NCBI GenBank assembly: GCA_965262585.1
Contig: OZ253546.1
Span: forward strand, 1,277,202-1,341,201
From: Candidatus Poriferihabitaceae bacterium
Lineage (GTDB): Bacteria > Pseudomonadota > Gammaproteobacteria > Arenicellales > Poriferihabitantaceae
DNA: 64,000 nt
Direction: 5' to 3'
Within the stretch, counting starts at the first letter, position 1; each line of letters opens with the position of its first letter. Position numbers and translations under genes: made by a program. Below are positions 42,114-50,912 of this stretch, piece by piece. The notes beneath the pieces were generated by a model. The model made no database searches. It worked only from the letters and a program-made list of their open reading frames with translations, and had not been told where the DNA came from.

Positions 42114-42200
42114 CGTCATTTCCGATAATGTCCGGCTTACGCCGGGATTATTCCACTGGATTCCAGTTGCGCGGGAATGACGACGGGTGCGGCGTAGCCG
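42114..42200. repeat. dRS3-like palindrome with CGGCTTACGCCG satellite hairpin
   Basis: tccggcttacgccgggattattccactggattccagttgcgcgggaatgac. Confidence 0.8.
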
Positions 42201-42361
42201 GTCCTTGGCGCAATAGGTGGTGGGCGGATACAAACTATTGCTAGCGGCATTTCTAAGTGGTATTGTGGTTACACAAAGTGGCGGGCGTTGCCGGTGGTCG
42301 CGGGTTGAGAAATGACCGATGGCAACTAACGCCCCAATATGATGCCCACAGCGAGGAATAG

Positions 42362-42844
42362 ATGATGCAACGATCCCTATATATAGACGCCGACAAATGC
42401 ACCGGTTGTCTGCAATGCGAAATGGCGTGTTCCTACGAGAACGAAGGCGTGTTCAATCCCGCCAAGTCGCGGATTAAGGTGTTTACTTTCCACGATGAGG
42501 GACGCTTCGTGCCTTATACCTGCACCCAGTGCGACGAAGCATGGTGCATGGCGGCTTGCCCGGTGGATGCGATTACTATGAATCGCGAGACCGGTGCTAT
42601 GGAAGTGGCCGATGCGGTATGTGTCGGTTGCAAGGTGTGCACCATCGCCTGCCCGTTCGGCACGATCAATTACAATCAGGACAGCGGCAAAGTGATCAAA
42701 TGCGATTTGTGCGGCGGCGATCCTGAATGCGCCAAAGCCTGCCCGACCGAGGCGATTACCTACGTCGATGCAGACGCCACCGGCCTCGATAAAATGCGCG
42801 CCTGGGCGGCGAAAACCGACAACGCCGCAGCCGCGGCCAACTAG
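42362..42844 (+). CDS. 4x[4Fe-4S] electron-transfer subunit of AOR (AorA-like)
   Basis: CTGCLQCEMAC, CTQC...C...CP, CVGCKVCTIACP, KCDLC....C...CP. Confidence 0.88.
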   Translation: MMQRSLYIDADKCTGCLQCEMACSYENEGVFNPAKSRIKVFTFHDEGRFVPYTCTQCDEAWCMAACPVDAITMNRETGAMEVADAVCVGCKVCTIACPFGTINYNQDSGKVIKCDLCGGDPECAKACPTEAITYVDADATGLDKMRAWAAKTDNAAAAAN

Positions 42845-42854
42845 GAGGTGTGAC

Positions 42855-44711
42855 ATGGCTTGGACTCAAAAAGTTTTGCGCGTCAATCTCACTGAAGGGC
42901 GCATCAGCGAGGAACCCCTCAACATGGAATGGGCCGCCGAATATATCGGCCAGCGTGGCCTCGGCACTCGTTATCTGGTGGCGGAAACCGACCCCAAGTG
43001 CGACCCCCTCGGCGTCGACAACAAATTGATTTTTGCCACCGGGCCGCTCACCGGCACTCCGGTATCCACCGGCGGGCGGTATTCGGTGATCACCAAAAGC
43101 CCGCTCACCGGCGCCGTGGCGTGCTCCAATTCCGGCGGTTTCATCGGTGCCGAATTGAAATCGGCGGGCTGGGACATGATCATCTGTGAGGGCAAATCGC
43201 CTTCGCCGGTGATGTTGCTCGTCATCAACGAGAAGGCCGAATTGGTGCCGGCGGATGATCTGTGGGGCAAGAGCGTGTGGCAAACCGACAAACTGATTCA
43301 CGACAAATATCAAGACCCGCAAATGCGCATCGCCGCGGTGGGCCGTGCCGCCGAAGCGGGGTGTTTGTATTCGGCTATCGTGAACGACCTGCACCGTGCC
43401 GCCGGACGCTCCGGGGTGGGCACGGTCATGGCCTCTAAAAACTTGAAAGCGTTGGCGGTGCGCGGCACGCGCGGGGTTGGCAACATCAAAGACCCGTCCC
43501 GCTTCCTGAAAAGCGTGGCCGAACACAAGCAAGTGTTGGCGGATAACGCAGTCACCGGCAAAGGCTTGCCGGCCCTGGGCACGCAGGTTTTGATGAATGT
43601 CATCAACGAAGTCGGCGCGCTACCCGCCAACAACATGCGCGAAGTGCAGTTCGAAGGCGCGAGTAAAATTTCCGGCGAAGCCATGCTCGAACTCCGCGCC
43701 AGCGATGGCAAACCCAACCTCACCACCAACGCCGCCTGCTTCGGTTGCACCATCGCCTGCGGGCGGATTTCCACCATCGATAAAACCCATTTCAGCGTCG
43801 AGAACAAACCCGAATACTGGGGCAATTCCGGCGGGCTTGAATACGAAGCCGCTTGGGCAATGGGCGCGGACACCGGCGTCGACGACATCGATGCCATCAC
43901 CTACACCAACTTCGTCTGCAACGAAGACGGCATGGACCCGATCTCCTTCGGCGCCACCGTCGCCGCGGCTATGGAAATGTTTGAAATCGGCGCCATCACT
44001 ACCGAGCAGACCGGCGGTATGGAATTGAAATTCGGTTCCGCCGAAGCGCTGATCTGGTGCGTCGATAAAGTCGCCATCGGCGAAGGTTTCGGCAAAGAAC
44101 TCGGCCTCGGCTCGAAGCGATTGTGTGAAAAATACGGCCACCCGGAACTCTCCATGACGGTCAAAGGTCAGGAATTCCCGGCCTACGACCCGCGTGGCAT
44201 TCAAGGCATGGGCTTGACCTACGCCACCTCCAACCGAGGTGCATGCCATTTGCGCAGTTACACGGTCGCCTCGGAAATACTCGGCATCCCGGAAAAAACC
44301 GACCCGCTGGTCACAGACGGCAAAGCCGGGCTGGTGAAGGCCTTTCAGGACGCCACCGCGGCGGTGGATTCCATGGGGATTTGCGTATTCACCACGTTCG
44401 CCTGGACCCTCGACAACATGGCGCCGCAGATGGACGCCGCTTGCGAAGGCGAGTGGAGCGTCGAGCGGCTGGCCGAATCCGGCGAGCGCATCTGGAACCT
44501 CGAACGCGATTACAACCTGAAAGCCGGGCTGACCGGCGCAGACGACAAACTGCCCGAACGGTTGATGAAAGAAGCCGCCAAAACCGGCCCCGCGAAAGGC
44601 AAGGTCAGCGGGCTGGATGTAATGCTGCCCGAATATTACCAGTTGCGCGGCTGGACCAAAGACGGCCAACTCACCGACAAAGTCCGCAAGCAGTTTGCGT
44701 TGCCGGTTTGA
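42855..44711 (+). CDS. Aldehyde:ferredoxin oxidoreductase family catalytic subunit (probably W-bispterin)
   Basis: LRVNLT, KSPLTG, SNSGG, AGRSG.G.VM.SK, CFGCTIACG, EYE, DPRG, RGACH, YYQLRGW. Confidence 0.92.
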   Translation: MAWTQKVLRVNLTEGRISEEPLNMEWAAEYIGQRGLGTRYLVAETDPKCDPLGVDNKLIFATGPLTGTPVSTGGRYSVITKSPLTGAVACSNSGGFIGAELKSAGWDMIICEGKSPSPVMLLVINEKAELVPADDLWGKSVWQTDKLIHDKYQDPQMRIAAVGRAAEAGCLYSAIVNDLHRAAGRSGVGTVMASKNLKALAVRGTRGVGNIKDPSRFLKSVAEHKQVLADNAVTGKGLPALGTQVLMNVINEVGALPANNMREVQFEGASKISGEAMLELRASDGKPNLTTNAACFGCTIACGRISTIDKTHFSVENKPEYWGNSGGLEYEAAWAMGADTGVDDIDAITYTNFVCNEDGMDPISFGATVAAAMEMFEIGAITTEQTGGMELKFGSAEALIWCVDKVAIGEGFGKELGLGSKRLCEKYGHPELSMTVKGQEFPAYDPRGIQGMGLTYATSNRGACHLRSYTVASEILGIPEKTDPLVTDGKAGLVKAFQDATAAVDSMGICVFTTFAWTLDNMAPQMDAACEGEWSVERLAESGERIWNLERDYNLKAGLTGADDKLPERLMKEAAKTGPAKGKVSGLDVMLPEYYQLRGWTKDGQLTDKVRKQFALPV

Positions 44712-44779
44712 CGAATCGATCATCACTTTGGTACTCTTTTGCTTGCACCATTTGTGAGTTGTCTTGAATCCAAGATAGG

Positions 44780-45307
44780 ATGATCTTTTTTAAAAAAACA
44801 ATTGAAGCACCATTTGGTTTGAAGTGGGGACAGAGCTCAATATCGTTGCGGGAGAAAGGCGTGAAAATGTACAGCCCCGCCGACCAAGACGAATATGGCT
44901 ATAAAATACTGTATTGTGAGGCACGAAACCCACCGAAGCCGGTTTCTTTTTGCAGTGTGTACCGTTTGAGATTTTTGCCTGGTTTTTTATATGATAGGTT
45001 GGGAAAAGTATCAGCAAATGGATTTGAAGACATCACTGGTACGAAGGGAAAGGGGTTATATGCACAAATCAAATCTAATTTGATTCGGAAATACGGTGAA
45101 CCAACACAAGCGCAAAAGAAAAAACCAAGTGATGAACGGCGATCTGAGTGGGGAGGTGCCGCTTTTCGAGGTAATATTGTGCTAGAAATTGAGGATGAAA
45201 TGGTGTTGCTTGAGTATCAGTCTGAAGAGTGGGCGCAAATAGATTGGCAAGCAATCAGGGATCGTGACCTAGCAGATCAAGTCATCGATGATAAATATAA
45301 CTTATAA
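44780..45307 (+). CDS. Hypothetical AT-rich protein inserted in the aor operon
   Basis: 175-aa ORF starting APFGLKWG; codon usage visibly unlike the flanking genes. Confidence 0.6.
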   Translation: MIFFKKTIEAPFGLKWGQSSISLREKGVKMYSPADQDEYGYKILYCEARNPPKPVSFCSVYRLRFLPGFLYDRLGKVSANGFEDITGTKGKGLYAQIKSNLIRKYGEPTQAQKKKPSDERRSEWGGAAFRGNIVLEIEDEMVLLEYQSEEWAQIDWQAIRDRDLADQVIDDKYNL

Positions 45308-45331
45308 AAAATGCCGACAGGACACTAAATA

Positions 45332-46582
45332 ATGACGACATATACAATTATAGGCGCCGGCCCCGCTGGCGTAGTGGCCGCCGAGACCTTGCGCGGGCTT
45401 GATCCGAAGGCGGGGATTACTCTCATTGGGGACGAGCCGGAGCCGCCTTATTCGCGTATGGCGATTCCTTATCTTCTGCAGAATCAGATTGACGAGGGCG
45501 GCACCCACCTGCGCAAACGGCGGGATTATTTTGATTCGCTGAATATCAAGGTGATGCGCGACCGTGCGCAGTCGGTAGATTTTGCGGCGAAAAAAGTGAA
45601 GTTGGCGGGCGGGAGCAATTCCGCCTACGACAAACTGCTGGTTGCCACCGGATCAAAACCCCTGAAGCCGCCGATTCCCGGCATCGACCACGCCAAAGTC
45701 AGTAGTTGCTGGACGCTGGAAGATGCCCGCAAAATCACCGCCGGTATCAAACCGGGCGCGCCGGTGGTGTTGATTGGCGCAGGCTTCATCGGTTGCATCA
45801 TCCTCGAAGCGTTGGTGTCCGCCGGTGCGAAACTGACCGTCATCGAGATGGGCAACCGAATGGTGCCGCGAATGCTCGATGAAACCTGTGGCGCGCTGTT
45901 GCAAAAATGGTGCGAGCAAAAGGGCGTCAAGGTGATAACAGACGCGGTGGTGTCGGCCATCGAAACAGACGGCGAACACCTTGCGGTGCGGGTCGAGGGC
46001 GCCAAGTCGTCCATAGGCGCCGAACTGGTAATCAGCGCAACCGGAGTGCGCGCCAATGCCGATTTTCTTAAAGACAGCAGCGTCACCCTAAAAGACGGCG
46101 CGGTGCTGGTTGATGATTTCATGGCGGCATCACAGCCGCACCTCTATGCCGCCGGTGATGTCGCCTGTGGCAAGGACTTCTCCACCGGTGAATACTCGGT
46201 TCAAGCCATTCAACCCACCGCCGTGGAACACGCCCGCATCGCCGCGCACAATATGCACTGCCACGGCTCGGTGCGGCACAAGGGCGCGGTGCCTATGAAT
46301 GTGCTCGATACCATCGGCTTGATCTCGGCTTCCTACGGCCTGTGGCAAGGCGTCGAAGGCGGCGACAGCAGCGAACTACTGGATGAGGATGGCTTTCGCT
46401 ACATCCGCCTGCGCTTTGAAGACGACCGGCTGATTGGCGCCAACACCCTGGGAATGACCCAGCACATCGGCATCATCCGTGGCTTGATACAAGGGCGCTT
46501 CGGCCTCGGAAAATGGAAAGACCGACTGATGGAAAACCCCTTGCAACTGATGGAAGCCTATCTGGCGGCGACTCAGGGCTGA
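45332..46582 (+). CDS. FAD/NAD(P)-dependent oxidoreductase (AorC-like)
   Basis: IIGAGPAG, PYSR, LVATGS, IGAGFIG, YAAGDVA. Confidence 0.88.
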   Translation: MTTYTIIGAGPAGVVAAETLRGLDPKAGITLIGDEPEPPYSRMAIPYLLQNQIDEGGTHLRKRRDYFDSLNIKVMRDRAQSVDFAAKKVKLAGGSNSAYDKLLVATGSKPLKPPIPGIDHAKVSSCWTLEDARKITAGIKPGAPVVLIGAGFIGCIILEALVSAGAKLTVIEMGNRMVPRMLDETCGALLQKWCEQKGVKVITDAVVSAIETDGEHLAVRVEGAKSSIGAELVISATGVRANADFLKDSSVTLKDGAVLVDDFMAASQPHLYAAGDVACGKDFSTGEYSVQAIQPTAVEHARIAAHNMHCHGSVRHKGAVPMNVLDTIGLISASYGLWQGVEGGDSSELLDEDGFRYIRLRFEDDRLIGANTLGMTQHIGIIRGLIQGRFGLGKWKDRLMENPLQLMEAYLAATQG

Positions 46583-46620
46583 GACTGCACGGCTGTTTGC
46601 TGATATATGGCCTGAAGCAG

Positions 46621-46869
46621 GTGCAAATCACTTTCAAACTGTTTGCCACGCTGATCGGGCATCTTCCCCCCACGGCGGTCAAACACGCGGTAACCCTGGA
46701 GGTGGACGAAACCATCACCCCCAACCAGTTGATTGACCGCTTTTCGGTGCCTCGTGCCGAGGTTCATCTGGTGCTGGTGAATGGCGTTTATCTCGCGGAA
46801 GAGGATCGCGACAAGCCGCTGCAGGAAGGCGATGCGCTGGCCATCTGGCCGCCGGTGGCCGGCGGGTGA
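46621..46869 (+). CDS. MoaD/ThiS sulfur-carrier protein
   Basis: KLFATL...LVLVNG...GD.LAIWPPVAGG C-terminal diglycine. Confidence 0.88.
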   Translation: MQITFKLFATLIGHLPPTAVKHAVTLEVDETITPNQLIDRFSVPRAEVHLVLVNGVYLAEEDRDKPLQEGDALAIWPPVAGG

Positions 46870-47195
46870 ATCGGGAAGACCGTGCCCGGGAAGACCGTGA
46901 TGATGCCGATTTCACCCACCGGGCGGAAATGGGCTTCAGCCACCGGGAATTACTGAAAGGTCTGCCCGCGGCGGTGGCGCCTTTTTCCATCGAAAAACGT
47001 TCCGATTTGGTATACCAGTTTGACCACGAAAAACGGCGTGTGCTGCTCACGCTGCAACCGGAGAGCAGCCGGCAGATTCATGCGCTCTGCATACCGGTGA
47101 CCGAAGTCGAATTGAAATTTTTCGGCTTCAGCCGCGCCGACTTCGACGAATTTATGCACCGTTATAAACGCTACTTACACAAGGGGGGCGGATGA
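46866..47195 (+). CDS. Conserved hypothetical protein ending in KGGG
   Basis: Overlaps both MoaD genes; EMGFSHRE..., F..RY.RY.HKGGG. Confidence 0.7.
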   Translation: MNREDRAREDRDDADFTHRAEMGFSHRELLKGLPAAVAPFSIEKRSDLVYQFDHEKRRVLLTLQPESSRQIHALCIPVTEVELKFFGFSRADFDEFMHRYKRYLHKGGG

Positions 47196-47440
47196 AAATC
47201 ACCTTGAAACTGTTTTCCGGATTGACCGAATATCTGCCGCCGGAGGCCGAGGGCAACACCCTTGCGGTCAGCGTCCCGGATTCCATGACCATCGAGATGC
47301 TTATCGACCGATACCGGGTGCCGCGTGCCGAGGCGCAAGTGGTGATGGTGAACGGCGAGTTTCGGCCCACAGAGCAACGCGACTTGCCGTTGCAGGACGG
47401 AGATGTGATTTCCGTGTGGCCCTCCATTCAGGGCGGCTGA
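47192..47440 (+). CDS. Second MoaD/ThiS sulfur-carrier protein
   Basis: MKITLKLFSGL...VMVNG...DGD.ISVWPSIQGG. Confidence 0.88.
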   Translation: MKITLKLFSGLTEYLPPEAEGNTLAVSVPDSMTIEMLIDRYRVPRAEAQVVMVNGEFRPTEQRDLPLQDGDVISVWPSIQGG

Positions 47441-47507
47441 GCGGCTTATTTCGCGGGCAGCGGCGTTATAATACATTGGTTATCGGGCATTCGCCCCCGG
47501 CATCATC

Positions 47508-48593
47508 ATGAACCATATCAAGCATCCCCAACTCGCCACCGAAAAAAAGCCCCCCGGCGTCTTCGACCGCCACGGCCGGGCCCTGCACGACCTGCGGGTG
47601 TCGGTCACCGACCGCTGCAATTTTCGTTGCGAGTATTGCATGCCCAAGGATGTGTTCGGGCGCAACTACCGATTTTTGCCGAAAGAGCGGTTGTTGCGCT
47701 ACGAAGAAATCGAAACGCTGGTGCGCGCTTTTGTCCGCCTCGGCGTCCACAAAGTCCGCCTGACCGGCGGCGAGCCGCTACTGCGAAACGACCTCGAAGA
47801 CTTGATCGCAAGGCTGTCGCGGATTGAAAACCTCGACGATCTGGCCATCACCACCAACGCCTCGCTACTCAGCGAATCACGCGCCGCCGCGCTGCGAGAC
47901 GCCGGTATTCGCCGGGTGAACATCAGCCTCGACGCCCTCGACGAACCAATCTACCGCAGCATCAACCGCATCCAATCCCCCCTCAAGAACATCCTCCGAG
48001 GCATCGACCACGCCCTCGGTGCGGGCTTCGCTTCGGTCAAAATCAACATGGTGGTGCAAAAAGACATAAACGTCGGCGAGATCATTCCGATGGCGAAGTA
48101 TTTCCGTGGAAGCGGGGCGATTTTGCGTTTCATTGAATTTATGGATGTCGGAAACCACAACCAATGGTCGCTGGAGCGCGTGTTCACCGCCCGGGAAATC
48201 ATCGACCACATCGATCCCGTGTATCCCCTGCAACCGCTGGACGCGAATTACCACGGCGAAGTCGCAAAACGCTGGCGCTACGCCGACGGCGAGGGCGAAA
48301 TCGGCGTCATCTCCTCCATCAGCCAACCCTTCTGCGGCGGTTGCGCCCGCGCCCGCCTGTCCGCAGTGGGCGAACTCTACACCTGCCTATTCGCCACCAC
48401 CGGCGTCGACCTTCGAAAATTGCTGAGAAGCGGCGTCGGCGAACAAGACCTTGCCGAACAAATAGCCACCTTGTGGCAAAACCGGCGAGATCAATACTCC
48501 ATGGAAAGAGCATCCGGGCAATCGCTAAAAATCAATGGGCCCGACCACCAAAAAGCCGCGCAAAAAGTGGAAATGTCTTATATTGGTGGGTGA
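47508..48593 (+). CDS. moaA: GTP 3',8-cyclase MoaA
   Basis: LRVSVTDRCNFRCEYCMP, LTGGEP, FCGGC.R.RL, MSYIGG. Confidence 0.95.
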   Translation: MNHIKHPQLATEKKPPGVFDRHGRALHDLRVSVTDRCNFRCEYCMPKDVFGRNYRFLPKERLLRYEEIETLVRAFVRLGVHKVRLTGGEPLLRNDLEDLIARLSRIENLDDLAITTNASLLSESRAAALRDAGIRRVNISLDALDEPIYRSINRIQSPLKNILRGIDHALGAGFASVKINMVVQKDINVGEIIPMAKYFRGSGAILRFIEFMDVGNHNQWSLERVFTAREIIDHIDPVYPLQPLDANYHGEVAKRWRYADGEGEIGVISSISQPFCGGCARARLSAVGELYTCLFATTGVDLRKLLRSGVGEQDLAEQIATLWQNRRDQYSMERASGQSLKINGPDHQKAAQKVEMSYIGG

Positions 48594-48600
48594 AGGGGTT

Positions 48601-49075
48601 TAAGGAGCGGCTGGCGCCGACATGTTTTTTACTGGATTCCCGATACGATGAAAAATATAGTCGCTGGCGCTCCCTATTTTTCTATCGTTCGGGAATGACG
48701 ACTTGGGGGACACGGGAATCCAGTAAAACATGCCGGCGATAGCCGACTCCTTATTAGCCTTCTGGATTCCCGATACGATGAAAAATATGGTCGCTGGCGC
48801 TCCCTATTTTTCTATCGTTCGGGAATGACGACGCGCCGCCGTCATTCTCGTGCCCCCAAGTCGTTATTCACGCGACAGCGGGGATGACGACTTGGGGGAC
48901 ACGGGAATCCAGTAAAACATGCCGGCGATAGCCGACTCCTTACGCCGTTATTCTCGCGAAAGCGGGAATCCAGTGTTCGGCGATAGCCGACTCATTATTG
49001 GCCTTCTGGATTCCCGATACGATGAAAAATATAGTCGCTGACGCTCCTTATTTTTCTATCGTTCGGGAATGACGA
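48601..49075. repeat. Largest nested dRS3/RPE-like palindromic cluster (three long-loop units plus nested units)
   Basis: ctggattcccgatacgatgaaaaatat.gtcgctg.cgctcc.tatttttctatcgttcgggaatgac three times; nested cccccaagtcg...cgacttggggg unit. Confidence 0.9.
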
Positions 49076-49102
49076 GTTTTGATATTCCTCGTTTGTCGCT
49101 GT

Positions 49103-49129
49103 GGACAGGCACGGGGGCGCTGTCCCTAC
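49103..49129 (-). repeat. GTAG-type REP
   Basis: ggacaggcacgggggcgctgtccctac. Confidence 0.65.
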
Positions 49130-49232
49130 AAGGGAATGACGAATTCGGTGTGGGGGGTGGTTTGGCGGGGGGTGGGAGTCCCTGCAGAGGCGCGGGGGCC
49201 TCTGCAGGTTCTCGGTGTACCCCGTTCTGGTT

Positions 49233-49853
49233 TTACCAGGGTAACGGGATACCTAATCCCGCTTTTTTGCGGGTGGTCTTTTTCTTCGAGGCCTTCTTTT
49301 TACGGGCCTTTTTCTTGCCGACCTTTTTACGGGTCGTCTTTTTCTTTGAGGCTTTCTTTTTGCCAGCCTTTTTCTTGCCGGCCTTTTTACGGGTCGCTTT
49401 TTTCTTTGAGGCCTTTTTCTTACCGGCCTTTTTACGGGTCGTCTTTTTCTTCGAGGCCTTTTTCTTGCCGGCCTTTTTACGGGTCGTCTTTTTCTTCGAG
49501 GCCTTTTTCTTACCGGCCTTTTTACGGGTCGTCTTTTTCTTTGAGGCCTTTTTCTTACCGGCCTTTTTACGGGTCGTCTTTTTCTTTGAGGCCTTTTTCT
49601 TACCGGCCTTTTTACGGGTCGTCTTTTTCTTTGAGGCCTTTTTCTTACCGGCCTTTTTACGGGTCGTCTTTTTCTTCGAGGCCTTTTTCTTACCGGCCTT
49701 TTTACGGGTCATCTTTTTCTTTGAAGCTTTGCGTTTGGTAGCCTTTTTACGGGTCACCTTTTTCTTCGCAGTTTTCTTTGCGACTTTACGCTTGGTGGCC
49801 TTTTTGGCCCCCGTCTTTCGCTTGGTTGAAGTTGACTTCTTCTTTTTTGCCAT
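49233..49853 (-). CDS. Histone H1-like Lys-rich protein with tandem 15-aa repeats (ASKKKTTRKKAGKKK)
   Basis: MAKKKK start with GAGAGG RBS; about 10 repeats of 45 bp with synonymous variation between copies; no acidic residue. Confidence 0.85.
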   Translation of the reverse strand: MAKKKKSTSTKRKTGAKKATKRKVAKKTAKKKVTRKKATKRKASKKKMTRKKAGKKKASKKKTTRKKAGKKKASKKKTTRKKAGKKKASKKKTTRKKAGKKKASKKKTTRKKAGKKKASKKKTTRKKAGKKKASKKKTTRKKAGKKKASKKKATRKKAGKKKAGKKKASKKKTTRKKVGKKKARKKKASKKKTTRKKAGLGIPLPW

Positions 49854-50322
49854 GAGTGATTACCTCTCGGTCGTCAGGAAAAAATTTGCGCCCAGCATCA
49901 GGTCAGGTAAATTGATAGTTATGGGCACGATGAAGTTGATACTTGATATTTCACTCGATAAATTTACTTGAAAACCATCATCGATTTCGTGTAACAATTT
50001 CATGTAACGGTCTCAAGTAATTTACAAAAGTGAGTTTCATAAGGCTTTACCGGCCTTGGGAAGCGACCTTAAAATAACTTATTGGGAATGTCAATAGATA
50101 TTTTACTAATAAATAATTGCTCGTACGGACAAATAACAGCGCATCAAATCGAGTGTTATCCGAATGCCGTGCAAATGCGCGATGCATCAAAACATACCAG
50201 TTGCATTCTTTAATAATTTGTCCACACAAGGTTCACGGCGATACGCGGTGTTATTTCGGTGCAAATTCAGCACAAATTCGGGCGCCGGTATGCGGTAAAA
50301 TCCGCTTTTCAGATCATCGCTT

Positions 50323-50865
50323 GTGGAAAATTACTTGACCGCTCAACAACATCAATACGATAAGGACGAGTTGCTGGACTGCGGACACGGTCGCCTGTTC
50401 GGGCCCGGCAACGCGCAGTTGCCGCTGCCGGATATGCTGATGTTCGACCGCATCGTGCGCATTGACGACGACGGCGGCGAATACGGCAAAGGCATTGTGG
50501 TGGCGGAACTCGACATCACCCCGGAGATGTGGTTTTTCCAATGCCATTTCGAGGGCGACCCGGTGATGCCCGGCTGTCTCGGTGTCGACGCGCTTTGGCA
50601 ACTGGTCGGATTTTCCCTCGGCTGGCGTGGCGGGCAGGGCGGCGGTCGCGCACTCGGCGCCGGCGAGATCAAGTTCATCGGGCAGGTCTCCCCGGTCAAC
50701 CACAAAGTCACCTACCGAGTCGATTTCAAGCGCGTGATCATGCGCAAGGTCATTATAGGAGTCGCCGATGGAACGGTGGTGGCGGACGACCAACTGGTGT
50801 ATTCCTGCAAAGATCTGCGGGTGGGATTGTTCCGAACCCCGGAGTCCACGGAACCCCCGGCATGA
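50323..50865 (+). CDS. fabA: 3-hydroxydecanoyl-ACP dehydratase/isomerase
   Basis: [34 protein letters not shown]. Confidence 0.95.
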   Translation: MENYLTAQQHQYDKDELLDCGHGRLFGPGNAQLPLPDMLMFDRIVRIDDDGGEYGKGIVVAELDITPEMWFFQCHFEGDPVMPGCLGVDALWQLVGFSLGWRGGQGGGRALGAGEIKFIGQVSPVNHKVTYRVDFKRVIMRKVIIGVADGTVVADDQLVYSCKDLRVGLFRTPESTEPPA

Positions 50866-50912
50866 CCGGCCAATATCGGTAACCCGGTATCGATAAATTT
50901 TGTGAGGTGTAA

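Noticed and set aside
43620-44726. Long antisense or alternate-frame ORFs (also 39866-40885, 36485-37462, 57297-58076)
   Set aside because: Expected shadows of well-supported genes in GC-rich DNA.
48601-49075. CRISPR array or tRNA cluster
   Set aside because: Units are nested palindromes in mixed orientation without unique spacers; no cloverleaf or T-loop motif was seen.
49069-49971. 300-aa and 220-aa Phe-rich ORFs on the + strand
   Set aside because: They are antisense shadows of the Lys-rich repeat gene; the RBS and synonymous variation support the minus-strand frame.
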